This document shows, piece after piece, positions 9,857 to 19,100 of a stretch of 64,000 bases of DNA. The position numbers and the translations under genes are program-made. How positions within the stretch are numbered: the first letter of the stretch is position 1; each line of letters begins with the position of its first letter. The notes below the pieces were generated by a model that was not told the origin of the DNA, did not search any database, and was given only the letters and a program-made list of their open reading frames with translations. The DNA comes from Bacteroides sp. CAG:443 (lineage in GTDB: Bacteria > Bacteroidota > Bacteroidia > Bacteroidales > Bacteroidaceae), in NCBI GenBank assembly GCA_000432735.1, contig FR887775.1, positions 21,074 through 85,073 on the forward strand, given 5' to 3'.

Positions 9857-11119
9857 ATGAAAATAAAAGGATTTATGACTGTATGTGTCGCATTGGCGGC
9901 ACTGTTTCAAATAACTACATTAAACGCACAGAATATGGAAAAAGAAAATCGTGTACCCGAACATTTGAGTACATTCCCTATTGGAGATGAGAATACACAA
10001 TACGCCAATTTTTTTATAGGGAAATCTTATCTGGCTCAGCTAACAAGCAATAAGGATCTGAATGTACCTGTATGTAATGTAACCTTCGAACCGGGATGCC
10101 GTAACAACTGGCATAGTCATACCGGAGGACAACTTCTGATTGCCGTAGGAGGTAAAGGATATTATCAGGAAAAAGACAAACCTGCGCGTCTGCTACTTCC
10201 GGGAGATATTGTAGAAATTGCTCCAAATGTGATCCATTGGCATGGAGCCGCTCCCGATAGCTGGTTCTCACATCTCGCCATCGAATGTAATCCTCAAACC
10301 AATAAAAATACCTGGCTGGACCCCGTGAACGATGAGGAATATGCAACCGCTACTTCACAAAAGAGTAAACTGTCTGCTCAGGCAGCTCAGAATCAGGCAG
10401 TCTGGTATGCAACATATAATGACAAATTAACGGAAACAGACCCGGAACTGGCCGAAATTTTCGGCAATTTTGCTTTCGGCGATGTACAACAATATGGCAA
10501 GTTAAGTACTCGTAATCGCATTTTAGTGACGATGGCTTCGGCTATAGCAACAAACTCTGTCACCGAATATCGTAAAACACTTTATGCAGCCTTTTCAAAT
10601 GGTATTACTCCTATAGAAATAAAAGAAGTTTTGTATCATGCCGTACCCTATGCCGGAATGTCAAGAATCGAAGATCTGCTGGAAATTGCAAATAGTTTCT
10701 TTACAGAGAAAGGAATAGAACTGCCATTAGCATCTCAATCCGTTGTAACTTCCGAAACGCAGATGGAGAAAGGATTGGCTTTGCAAAAGAGCATTTTCGG
10801 CAATCAGATTGATAGAATGTACGAAACATCACCAGCTAATCAACTGCATATCCAGCAATATCTTTCGGCAAACTGTTTTGGCGATTATCAGACTCGTCCG
10901 GTATTTGATGTCCAGACTCGTGAACTGCTGACCTTTGCTATCTTGATTTCACTGGGAGGATGCGAACCTCAGGTAAAGGGACATATTGCAGGAAATGTAA
11001 ACGTGGGGAACGATAAACAAACATTACTTACAGTAGCGACGCAGTTATTACCTTATATCGGTTATCCACGTACACTCAATGCCATTGCCTGCCTGAATGA
11101 GGTAATCCCTGAAAAATAA
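9857..11119 (+). CDS. Secreted fusion of an N-terminal cupin domain with two carboxymuconolactone-decarboxylase (CMD/AhpD-like) domains.
   Basis: The signal peptide MKIKGFMTVCVALAALFQITTLNAQ starts at an internal Met of the ORF-track ORF. The cupin motif is WHSHTGGQLLIAVGGKGYY...HWHGA. The C-terminal half has CMD-like repeats. Confidence 0.6.
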   Translation: MKIKGFMTVCVALAALFQITTLNAQNMEKENRVPEHLSTFPIGDENTQYANFFIGKSYLAQLTSNKDLNVPVCNVTFEPGCRNNWHSHTGGQLLIAVGGKGYYQEKDKPARLLLPGDIVEIAPNVIHWHGAAPDSWFSHLAIECNPQTNKNTWLDPVNDEEYATATSQKSKLSAQAAQNQAVWYATYNDKLTETDPELAEIFGNFAFGDVQQYGKLSTRNRILVTMASAIATNSVTEYRKTLYAAFSNGITPIEIKEVLYHAVPYAGMSRIEDLLEIANSFFTEKGIELPLASQSVVTSETQMEKGLALQKSIFGNQIDRMYETSPANQLHIQQYLSANCFGDYQTRPVFDVQTRELLTFAILISLGGCEPQVKGHIAGNVNVGNDKQTLLTVATQLLPYIGYPRTLNAIACLNEVIPEK

Positions 11120-11202
11120 TAGTTCGTATAAAATATTCAGCCACATCCATTGCCTGCCAACATCGAATTTCCGGGCAATGTATGTGGCTGAATTATAAAA
11201 AA

Positions 11203-12099
11203 TCACCTGATGACCCGATATTCCGTAGGAGTGTGTCCGACTGTTTTCTTAAATATACGAGTAAAATGTTGAGGATATTGAAAGCCTAATTCGTATGCAA
11301 TCTCACTGACACTTTTGTTTGTTCCCAAAATCTCTTCCTTAGCCACGTCTATCAATTTCTCCAGAATATATTCCTGAGCGGTCTTTCCGGTTTCTTTCTT
11401 TACCAAATCACCGAAATAATTAGGTGAAAGATGTACGCTATCGGCAAAATATTTGACGGTAGGAAGGCCTTGCATCTGCGGAAAATCACTTTGAAAATAC
11501 TTATCCAACAATTCTTCAAACTGAACCAGAATATCCTTATTGACTTTGGTCCGTGTAACAAACTGCCTTTCATAAAACCGCATACAGTAATCCAGAAGTA
11601 ACTCAATATTACGTGAAATCAATCTCTTGCTATGCTTATCGGCCGGTCGTATCAGCTCCATCCGAATCTTTTCCAGACAATCACGAAATATTCCTTTTTC
11701 TTCGTCAGACAGATGCAATGCCTCATTCGAAGCATACGAGAAAAAAGAATAATGCTTAATCTCCTTACCTAATGAAGTTCCTTTTATCAAATCCGGATGA
11801 AACAGCAAGCCTTGACACAATGGTTTCATCCCCGGTTCCATATTTACTTCGACTATTTGTCCCGGTGCAAAGCTTGTAACCGTTCCTTCCTGATAGTCGT
11901 AAGTTTGCTTCCCATAACGTAAATCACCGCAATGCGTCTGCTTCAAGAAAAGTGCATATATTCCAAAATTCATTATAGCATGGGTAGGAAAGGTAGATAC
12001 ATCCGATAAATCGACAACTGTCACTAACGGATGGAGAGTCTCTTGTCCGTATAACTTATTATATCGCTCTATAGAGTCAAGCTTGATAACTTCTTCCAT
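11203..12099 (-). CDS. AraC-family transcriptional regulator.
   Basis: The C-terminal AraC HTH is YFADSVHLSPNYFGDLVKKETGKTAQEYILEKL...IAYELGFQYPQHFTRIFKKTVGHTPTEYR. Confidence 0.8.
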   Translation of the reverse strand: MEEVIKLDSIERYNKLYGQETLHPLVTVVDLSDVSTFPTHAIMNFGIYALFLKQTHCGDLRYGKQTYDYQEGTVTSFAPGQIVEVNMEPGMKPLCQGLLFHPDLIKGTSLGKEIKHYSFFSYASNEALHLSDEEKGIFRDCLEKIRMELIRPADKHSKRLISRNIELLLDYCMRFYERQFVTRTKVNKDILVQFEELLDKYFQSDFPQMQGLPTVKYFADSVHLSPNYFGDLVKKETGKTAQEYILEKLIDVAKEEILGTNKSVSEIAYELGFQYPQHFTRIFKKTVGHTPTEYRVIR

Positions 12100-12267
12100 A
12101 TTTTATCTTTTTCCAATGCAAAGGTAACAATATATTCCGATTCCTGTGACATATAAATCAGTAATATAGGTAATCATATCAAAGATTTGTATACTATAAA
12201 TACTCTTGTCATTCACTACTTTTGTTTCAGTAAAATAACTGAAACTATTAATTAGAAAGGATGTCCT

Positions 12268-13311
12268 ATGAAAAGATTTTTGACTCTCCCATTAATGCTA
12301 CTTACATTTATTTTGCTATCAGCCTGTAGCCCTGCAAATGAACAAATACCTGCCACTGACATGTCCGACCAACAAGGGAATCATGAAGGAGATGAAGAAA
12401 ATATCCCTGACATACCAACCACTGGAAAAAACGGACCATATCTGATTCTTTTTTGTTCTCGCACAAGTAACACGGAACGCCTAGCACAACAAATACAATC
12501 TCAACTCGATTGCGACATATTGGAAGTGCAACCCGTACGACCTTACGAAGAAGATTACAATGCCATGCTAAACCGTACACAAGAAGAGTTGGCAGCCATT
12601 CAGCAAGGCAATTATCCTCCAATATCAACAAGCATGGACAATTTCGATAAATACGATGTCATTTTTGTTGGGTATCCCATCTGGTATGGGTCGATAGCCA
12701 CACCTATGCAAACATTCTTGCATGAACACGCTTCAAAACTCGCAGGAAAACACATCGCACTTTTTGCGACAAGCGGAAGCAGCGGCATTTCTACATCAGC
12801 CGACGAAGCAGCAGAGTTATGCCCTGAATCAGAAATTCTCAGTCCTACACTCCTGCTGACCTCATCACAATTTTCTGAAATGGATAGCCGAGTCACATCA
12901 TGGTTGGAACAACTGAATATTCAAACAGCAAATAACAATAACATGGGAAAAAATCAAATTAGGTTAACAGCCAATGGAAAGTCCTTCACTGCCACACTTG
13001 TAGAAAACTCTTCAACAGAAGCATTGAAGGCACGCCTTAGTCAGAGTAATATAAGTATTCAGATGAATGATTACGGCGATATGGAAAAAGTCGGTTCCTT
13101 AGGATTCTCTCTACCGCGAAATGACCAGCAAACAACTACGGACCCCGGAGATTTAATCCTATATCAAGGAAACTCTTTCGTTATCTATTACGATACTAAC
13201 TCGTGGAACTTTACCCGTCTTGGTAAGATTGATGGTGTTTCTACCCGAGAACAGGTGTTAGATTTATTAGGCGGAAAGGGAGAAGTTACTGTAACCCTTT
13301 CATTGAAATAG
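12268..13311 (+). CDS. Flavodoxin-like lipoprotein with a C-terminal cyclophilin-like-fold domain.
   Basis: Lipoprotein signal (LLSACSP). The flavodoxin core is YLILFCSRTSNTERLA...VIFVGYPIWYGS. The C-terminal 120 aa resemble the cyclophilin-like fold commonly paired with flavodoxins. Confidence 0.55.
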   Translation: MKRFLTLPLMLLTFILLSACSPANEQIPATDMSDQQGNHEGDEENIPDIPTTGKNGPYLILFCSRTSNTERLAQQIQSQLDCDILEVQPVRPYEEDYNAMLNRTQEELAAIQQGNYPPISTSMDNFDKYDVIFVGYPIWYGSIATPMQTFLHEHASKLAGKHIALFATSGSSGISTSADEAAELCPESEILSPTLLLTSSQFSEMDSRVTSWLEQLNIQTANNNNMGKNQIRLTANGKSFTATLVENSSTEALKARLSQSNISIQMNDYGDMEKVGSLGFSLPRNDQQTTTDPGDLILYQGNSFVIYYDTNSWNFTRLGKIDGVSTREQVLDLLGGKGEVTVTLSLK

Positions 13312-13346
13312 AAAAGATATATCTGATTATTGCCTAACCATTCAAC

Positions 13347-13405
13347 AACTCCTTGCCTGATTCTTACAGTCAAATAGTTCTTCAAGCAAGGAGTTCGTCA
13401 TTTTT
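13347..13405. terminator. Hairpin (AACTCCTTGC / GCAAGGAGTT) followed by a T-run, lying between convergent genes.
   Basis: 10-bp perfect stem at 13347-13356 and 13386-13395, then CGTCATTTTTT. Confidence 0.4.
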
Positions 13406-13442
13406 TGAGATTCTTCAAAACTTCGATTTCCATCAAAAACCC

Positions 13443-13982
13443 TTATAATTTTTCAACCAACGCCGCAACCTGCCGGCAGCCATTCGTCTTTTCAATTTCA
13501 CCTTCGTTCAAGACCCCGGGAATAAGTACCTCTCCTATAATATCCCATTTCAGTAAGGCAGCAGAACGCTCTATCGGAATACGTACGCCGTCCATCACGG
13601 TCATATCATTTTCTTCACAGCAGGTGATTAATGCACATTTCTTTCCAGCTATATCCTTTCCACCAACTACGAGTGAGAACAAGCGGTCGATAACACCTTT
13701 TATCTGTGCCGGAATGGAATACCAGTAAACAGGCATAGAAAAGACAACAGCATCCGACTCCAGTATAGCCGGAGCAATGAGATTAAAATCATCGTCAAAA
13801 GAACAAGCCTTTCCCGTCTTATAGCACGTCATGCACGCATGACAACCTCCAATCTTCAGAAATGCCGCATCAAAACGCTGAATGGTATGACCACGCTGTT
13901 CGGCAGCTTTTATAAATGCCTCAGTCATCGCAAAACTATTCCCGTGTTTACGGGGACTTCCGGTAATAACAGTAATTTTCAT
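13443..13982 (-). CDS. Iron-sulfur flavoprotein / NADPH-dependent FMN reductase-like flavodoxin-fold protein.
   Basis: MKITVITGSPRKHGNS at the N-terminus, plus a compact Cys cluster GGCHACMTCYKTGKAC. Confidence 0.7.
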   Translation of the reverse strand: MKITVITGSPRKHGNSFAMTEAFIKAAEQRGHTIQRFDAAFLKIGGCHACMTCYKTGKACSFDDDFNLIAPAILESDAVVFSMPVYWYSIPAQIKGVIDRLFSLVVGGKDIAGKKCALITCCEENDMTVMDGVRIPIERSAALLKWDIIGEVLIPGVLNEGEIEKTNGCRQVAALVEKL

Positions 13983-13992
13983 AACACCTCCT

Positions 13993-14376
13993 TTATTTAT
14001 TAATTGTAGTTGAGTTTTGATTATAAGCCTTAGCCACGCACTTCCACTCTCCGTCCATCTTCATCAACAAGAGATAGTCCGTAAAATCAATACGTCCACC
14101 CCACTTTTCCTCCAGCACACGAACTACTGCAAGCGTCTCTTCTATATCCACAATATCAATACGCGCCTTAAAATCTTTTCCGGCACTGACTGTATCTACA
14201 TTTTTATAAAACTGCTGAATGCTGCCGTGTTCCAGTTTTCCATCCAAATAACCAAACAATACAGCTTCGTCGGTAAACAGTTCTTTGGCGTAACGGCTAT
14301 CTCCTTCGGCCACGCTCTTTACAAATTTCATTGCCGCCTCTTCCACAGCTTTATACTCTTCAATACTTGCTCTCAT
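13993..14376 (-). CDS. NTF2-like/SnoaL-like small protein.
   Basis: 127 aa. A 17-bp gap to the flavoprotein gene suggests an operon. The sequence has NTF2-like character (..DGEWKCVAKAYN). Confidence 0.5.
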   Translation of the reverse strand: MRASIEEYKAVEEAAMKFVKSVAEGDSRYAKELFTDEAVLFGYLDGKLEHGSIQQFYKNVDTVSAGKDFKARIDIVDIEETLAVVRVLEEKWGGRIDFTDYLLLMKMDGEWKCVAKAYNQNSTTINK

Positions 14377-14461
14377 ATCTATACTCTTTTAATGAATTAA
14401 TACAGTTGCAAATGTATGCGGCATAGATGTTTTATACAAGTACCGAAAAATTATTCGCATA

Positions 14462-14477
14462 CCGAAAAATTTTTCGG
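14462..14477. promoter_or_regulatory. Perfect 16-bp palindrome CCGAAAAATTTTTCGG in the divergent intergenic region. It is a candidate operator for the adjacent HxlR-family regulator.
   Basis: Seen in the sequence. It is flanked by a second ACCGAAAAAT half-site. Confidence 0.4.
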
Positions 14478-14512
14478 CATACCCGAAGTTAAAAGTTTCT
14501 CAGTATCTTTGC

Positions 14513-14896
14513 ATGGATGAATTATTTACTACAAGGAAAATTATGTACGAAAGAAAGATACCTGTTGATTTAGACTGCCCTCTCCGACTCACTATGAGCC
14601 TGATTGATTCCAAATGGAAATCGTGTATGCTGGATGAACTACGATACAAATCGCTACGCCCGAGCGAACTGCACAAGATATTTCCCGAAGCAACTCCTCG
14701 TGTGCTCGACATTCAATTAAAGGAACTGGTAGAAGACGGATTAGTTTCCAAAACAACTTACAACGAAGTCCCGCTTCGTACCGAATATTCCTTGACAGAT
14801 TTAGGACGGACGCTCATTCCAATCATCGACTCTATGATTGAATGGGGTAACAAGAATACAGAACTGTTTGAAAAGAAATACGGCGCAACAAAGTAA
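14513..14896 (+). CDS. HxlR-family winged-helix transcriptional regulator.
   Basis: DCPLRLTMSLIDSKWKSCMLDEL...LKELVEDGLVSKTTYNEVPLRTEYSLTDLGRTL matches the HxlR signature. Confidence 0.75.
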   Translation: MDELFTTRKIMYERKIPVDLDCPLRLTMSLIDSKWKSCMLDELRYKSLRPSELHKIFPEATPRVLDIQLKELVEDGLVSKTTYNEVPLRTEYSLTDLGRTLIPIIDSMIEWGNKNTELFEKKYGATK

Positions 14897-14933
14897 TAAG
14901 ATGCTCTGCAACGTCGTATTTTATCTTCCAGTC

Positions 14934-15809
14934 TTATCGGTTCAGTCTGATTTTCTCATGATAGAAATAGTTGACAAGCACCGGTTTCCCTTTCTCGGAA
15001 CGTCCATAAGGCAAATCGTTCACCCGATAAGGAAAGCCTTGCGTTTGTGCATACTGGGATATGTCCTGCTCCAATGCCTGCCAATAATCAAGTTTCTTCT
15101 TGTTGTATATTTCCTCGTATAACGGAAAGAGTTCGGGATGCTTCTCACGAATATATGTCATTATTCCTCCTTTAAATTGTCCGCGCAGATTCAGGTTTTC
15201 AAGCCAGATTAAATCAGCATATCCCTTTACTTCTTCGATAATCGCTTTCACATCGGTTATTCCCGGAAATATGGGCGAAACAAAACACACGGTACGAATA
15301 CCTGCCTCATAAACTTGACGCATCGCTTTCAAACGGCGTTCGATGCTCACGGCATTATCCATATCCGCACGAAACTCCTCTTCGAGGGTATTAACAGACC
15401 ATGATACCGTTACTTTGGGAAAACTCTTCAACAAATCGAGATCGCGCAGGACGAGATCAGACTTCGTGCATATCATAATTTCGGCATTGCTTCCACGTAG
15501 TTCTTGGAGCAACCTGCGGGTACGACAGAATTGCTCTTCATACGGATTATAACCGTCCGTCACGGAACCTATCACAATCCGTTCACCGTCATACTTATGC
15601 GGATTCGCTATCGGTTTCCAATTTTTTACATCTAGAAACGCACCCCACGGCTCTGTATGTCCGGTGAAACGTTTCATAAATGATGCGTAGCAATATTTGC
15701 AGGCGTGCGGACAACCCACGTATGGATTCACCGAATAGCCTCCCACTGGCAGAGATGACTTGGTCATAATGCTCTGTACGTCTATTTCTTTAATTATTTC
15801 AGTATTCAT
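14934..15809 (-). CDS. SPL-family radical SAM protein (spore-photoproduct-lyase-like DNA repair photolyase, COG1533-like).
   Basis: Carries VNPYVGCPHACKYCYASFMKRF (CxxxCxxC). It is 291 aa. Its ATG overlaps the upstream gene stop (ATGA at 15806-15809). Confidence 0.7.
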   Translation of the reverse strand: MNTEIIKEIDVQSIMTKSSLPVGGYSVNPYVGCPHACKYCYASFMKRFTGHTEPWGAFLDVKNWKPIANPHKYDGERIVIGSVTDGYNPYEEQFCRTRRLLQELRGSNAEIMICTKSDLVLRDLDLLKSFPKVTVSWSVNTLEEEFRADMDNAVSIERRLKAMRQVYEAGIRTVCFVSPIFPGITDVKAIIEEVKGYADLIWLENLNLRGQFKGGIMTYIREKHPELFPLYEEIYNKKKLDYWQALEQDISQYAQTQGFPYRVNDLPYGRSEKGKPVLVNYFYHEKIRLNR

Positions 15810-16474
15810 TGTATGCGTTTAATAAATTGTTCCGGCAGTTCCTGAATCATCCTTTCTTCGCCCATGATAGGCAACAAATCCTCTTTCATAAACACGGGGA
15901 TTCCCTGTGACTTAGCTTGTTCGGCAATATGAAGCACCCATTCGGGGCGAGAATCCACCTTGCCTTTCCGATGTCCCGTTTCCGTGCCTATGACAATCCA
16001 GTCGATACCCTCAAAGTCTATCTCACCGATTTCATCGAATATGGGCTCAAACGTGACGTGGTAGTGCTTGGCTTTGATATTCCTTCTTAAATCGCCCAGT
16101 CTCTTTTTTTCGGAACTACGCGTGACGGTCACCCCCATCCAGACGTTTTCATCATCCGTAGAAAAGCAAACCTTATCCGGACGTTTCGTAAGAAAGATAT
16201 AAGTATGTTGCGGATTATTTTTCATCCGCCCGAAAATTTCCGCATTCCATTCGGGCTTCCAATCAGAGAAGTCGCTCATTCCGGTCATCAACCATACGTG
16301 AGGTTTGACCGTATCAATAATGTGCAACTTACATTCCATATATTCCGGTTCGGAAAAGTCGTCCGTAATATGAAAGCGGCGGCAATTGTTACGAGCATAA
16401 CAGTAGTTGCATCCGATGGTACAGCCTACCACTATATTCATATTCTTTATCAGGGATTTGATACAGACACTCAT
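15806..16474 (-). CDS. Small CxxxCxxC protein, either a minimal radical SAM-like protein or a DUF5131/Gp37-Gp68-like protein.
   Basis: Carries NIVVGCTIGCNYCYARN near the N-terminus. It is 222 aa. It is translationally coupled on both sides (ATGA overlaps at 16471-16474 and 15806-15809). Confidence 0.5.
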   Translation of the reverse strand: MSVCIKSLIKNMNIVVGCTIGCNYCYARNNCRRFHITDDFSEPEYMECKLHIIDTVKPHVWLMTGMSDFSDWKPEWNAEIFGRMKNNPQHTYIFLTKRPDKVCFSTDDENVWMGVTVTRSSEKKRLGDLRRNIKAKHYHVTFEPIFDEIGEIDFEGIDWIVIGTETGHRKGKVDSRPEWVLHIAEQAKSQGIPVFMKEDLLPIMGEERMIQELPEQFIKRIQ

Positions 16475-17250
16475 AATATAATACTTTCTCCATCCTCTGG
16501 TATAATCAGTCGACTCATATCTGCCCCGTGGTGGCGCGCTTCGTTACGCAGGATTTCGCGTGTTGTCTGGCAATGATCAATGGCATCCATGTGCACGGCT
16601 ATCAGTTTGATGTGTGTGGGAAGTGCGTCGAGCATCGCCATCACTTCCTCCTCATCGGGGATGATGCAGCCGCCTATCTTGGAAAATTCGGGAAACACTG
16701 CACCGCCACTGTTTACAACAATATAGTCGGGACGGTACTTTTCTACTATTTCAAGAATATACGGTTCCCATTTGCAGTCGCCCATGATGTAAACAGTCGG
16801 AAGCCCTTCTGCCATCAATACATAGCCCGACACGGGACCCATCATCTGACCAATCAGCCCGAAGCCATGATGTCCCGTAGTACGATAGATGATCAGATTG
16901 CCCATTTCCTTGTTCCCTTCAATTACTTCCACACTCGTAAAGCCGTCCTGTACGAGAGTATCCTTATCTTGCGGCTGGGTGTAAAAAGGAATGTCCTTCG
17001 GCAGATATTGTTTCACGCTCGGTTCATAATGGTCAATATGATTATGGGTAAGCAATACCATATCTACACCTTCGGTGATTTCGCTGATAGGCATTACCAA
17101 ATGTACTCTCGGAGTCTTATATACGCCGAGAGCAGATTGCAGAGTTCCCTTGTCAGCGAATACGGGGTCAACAAGGATGGTATGTCCTGCATAATTGATT
17201 TTCAAGGTAGCATTGCGCACCAATCGGATAATAGCTTTTTCGTTCATCAT
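16471..17250 (-). CDS. MBL-fold metallo-hydrolase.
   Basis: LLTHNHIDHYE HxHxDH motif. It is 259 aa. Confidence 0.75.
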   Translation of the reverse strand: MMNEKAIIRLVRNATLKINYAGHTILVDPVFADKGTLQSALGVYKTPRVHLVMPISEITEGVDMVLLTHNHIDHYEPSVKQYLPKDIPFYTQPQDKDTLVQDGFTSVEVIEGNKEMGNLIIYRTTGHHGFGLIGQMMGPVSGYVLMAEGLPTVYIMGDCKWEPYILEIVEKYRPDYIVVNSGGAVFPEFSKIGGCIIPDEEEVMAMLDALPTHIKLIAVHMDAIDHCQTTREILRNEARHHGADMSRLIIPEDGESIIL

Positions 17251-17335
17251 GCTATGCTTTTATAATTTACTGGAAGCAAAGTTCGGAAGAATCTCCTGAG
17301 GACTCTATGCCTTAAAAAGAAGAATATATGCCATT

Positions 17336-18283
17336 TTGATAAAAGAATGGCATATATTTGCAGAAAGTAAAGAAACAAGAGTGATGAAAACGATCATTAA
17401 CCCCGAAAGACTGGTCAGCGTTCCGTTCAGCAAGACACGTTGTGGCGTGGACTTCTATATCAATACGGGCGAAAGCAAGGATATCTGCGGTGTTTTGACC
17501 GAACACCGGACATTCAAGACGGATTTTTTCAGTTTCTATTTCTTGCGTCGCGCCAACGGATATGTACTGCTGAATTTTCGTAAAATAATGCTACATGACA
17601 ATATGATACTGTTACTTTCGCCTCACCAGCAGCAAGAGTGGCATGTAGACGAGGCGGAACTGGACTACACCTTCCTCATCTTCCGCGAAGACTTTATGCG
17701 CACGTTTCTCGCAGATAAGTTTTTCGTGTACCGCCTGCTGTATTATTACCAGACCGACACACCTCCATATCTGTTTGCAGCTCCGGAAGAATTGGCCGAC
17801 TATATGCACCTTTTAGGAAAGATAAAACAGGAATTGCTGCATCCTGTAGCAGATACCTACAACCTTATCGTATCTGTGCTATACTACCTGCTGCTGGTTA
17901 TCAATCGGGCCTACGCCAAAGCCTACCACCTACCCGTCGAAGCGCCGAAAAACCATTACGCCTACCAATACAAAGACCTGCTTGAAAAGCATATTCGCGA
18001 CGTACAGCGTGTTCAGGAGTATGCCGATATGCTCCATATCAGCCGAATTACCCTGAACAACTCCGTAATAGCGCAGTTCGGCGTATCTGCCTCTCATCTG
18101 CTCAAACAACGCTTGTTGGAAGAACTAAAAAATGAGTTGCTATTTTCCAACCGCAGTGTAAGCCAGTTGGCCGATGACTTCCACTTTTCCGACCCCAGTC
18201 ATCTGATGCGCTTTTTCAAACAGCAGACGAGCAAAACCTGTTCGCAATACCTGTCCGACTATCAGAACGGCATTTACGAATAG
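17336..18283 (+). CDS. AraC-family transcriptional regulator.
   Basis: The C-terminal AraC HTH is ...HISRITLNNSVIAQFGVSASHLLKQRLLEELKNELLFSNRSVSQLADDFHFSDPSHLMRFFKQQT. Confidence 0.8.
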   Translation: MIKEWHIFAESKETRVMKTIINPERLVSVPFSKTRCGVDFYINTGESKDICGVLTEHRTFKTDFFSFYFLRRANGYVLLNFRKIMLHDNMILLLSPHQQQEWHVDEAELDYTFLIFREDFMRTFLADKFFVYRLLYYYQTDTPPYLFAAPEELADYMHLLGKIKQELLHPVADTYNLIVSVLYYLLLVINRAYAKAYHLPVEAPKNHYAYQYKDLLEKHIRDVQRVQEYADMLHISRITLNNSVIAQFGVSASHLLKQRLLEELKNELLFSNRSVSQLADDFHFSDPSHLMRFFKQQTSKTCSQYLSDYQNGIYE

Positions 18284-18299
18284 TCTTAATGTGTCCACC

Positions 18300-19061
18300 T
18301 TACAAGTAAAGTTCATTCTCTTTCCGCTGAGAACAAGCTTTCTTGAGCAATGCATTAACCAGAAACAGCATCAGACCATTCACTTTTCGGGCAGCATGCG
18401 GACAAACCGCCACACAACGCATACAAGAGATACAAACCTTCTTGTCGACTTTTCGGGAATTTGTTTTGTCAATAGCTCCTACCGGACACTTCTTTGCACA
18501 TATTCCACAATTGATGCACTCCTTTGTTGGCTTGGGAACAATCCCCACGGCTCCTGCTTTTCTGTAAGGACGATGGCCGGGAATATGCGGTTCAGTCATT
18601 ATGTCCGACCCCAACTTCTCCGATATCTGACGGGCAAAGGCTGTAAGCTGCATCCGGTCTTGCTCATCTGGTCGTCCAGCCGCATAGCGCCGGGCAATGG
18701 AGTGTTCGGCAACGGCTGCAACCGCAGCAATAACCTTGAAACCATTCCTTTGTACAGTATCGTACAACTCTATCAAGGTATCTTCGTAAGCACGATTTCC
18801 ATAAACACAAGCAATAACAGTTTTTGCGCCATTACCCTGCAACCGGCTGATCCGCTTGACAGCAATTTCAGGAACGCGCCCGCTATAAGACGGCACCACA
18901 ATCAGAGCCACATCCTCTTTTGTGAGCTTGAAGCCTGTAAAATCGGTTTTACAATCTGTCAAATCTACTTTCACGATCTCATCTATCCATTCCGTTGCCA
19001 ATATATCTGCAACCTTTTGTGTTCCTCCTGTCGGACTAAAACAAATCTGATAATACTTCAT
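18300..19061 (-). CDS. EFR1-like ferredoxin: flavodoxin-like domain plus two 4Fe-4S ferredoxin motifs.
   Basis: CINCGICAKKCPVGAI and CISCMRCVAVCPHAA follow an N-terminal flavodoxin-like domain. Confidence 0.65.
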   Translation of the reverse strand: MKYYQICFSPTGGTQKVADILATEWIDEIVKVDLTDCKTDFTGFKLTKEDVALIVVPSYSGRVPEIAVKRISRLQGNGAKTVIACVYGNRAYEDTLIELYDTVQRNGFKVIAAVAAVAEHSIARRYAAGRPDEQDRMQLTAFARQISEKLGSDIMTEPHIPGHRPYRKAGAVGIVPKPTKECINCGICAKKCPVGAIDKTNSRKVDKKVCISCMRCVAVCPHAARKVNGLMLFLVNALLKKACSQRKENELYL

Positions 19062-19100
19062 TTCTTTCCTTTTTAGTTAGTCATCCATTCTATTTTCAGG

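Noticed and set aside
18291-19076. 261-aa plus-strand ORF overlapping the EFR1-like ferredoxin gene
   Set aside because: It is antisense to a gene with two canonical 4Fe-4S motifs. It is a shadow ORF.
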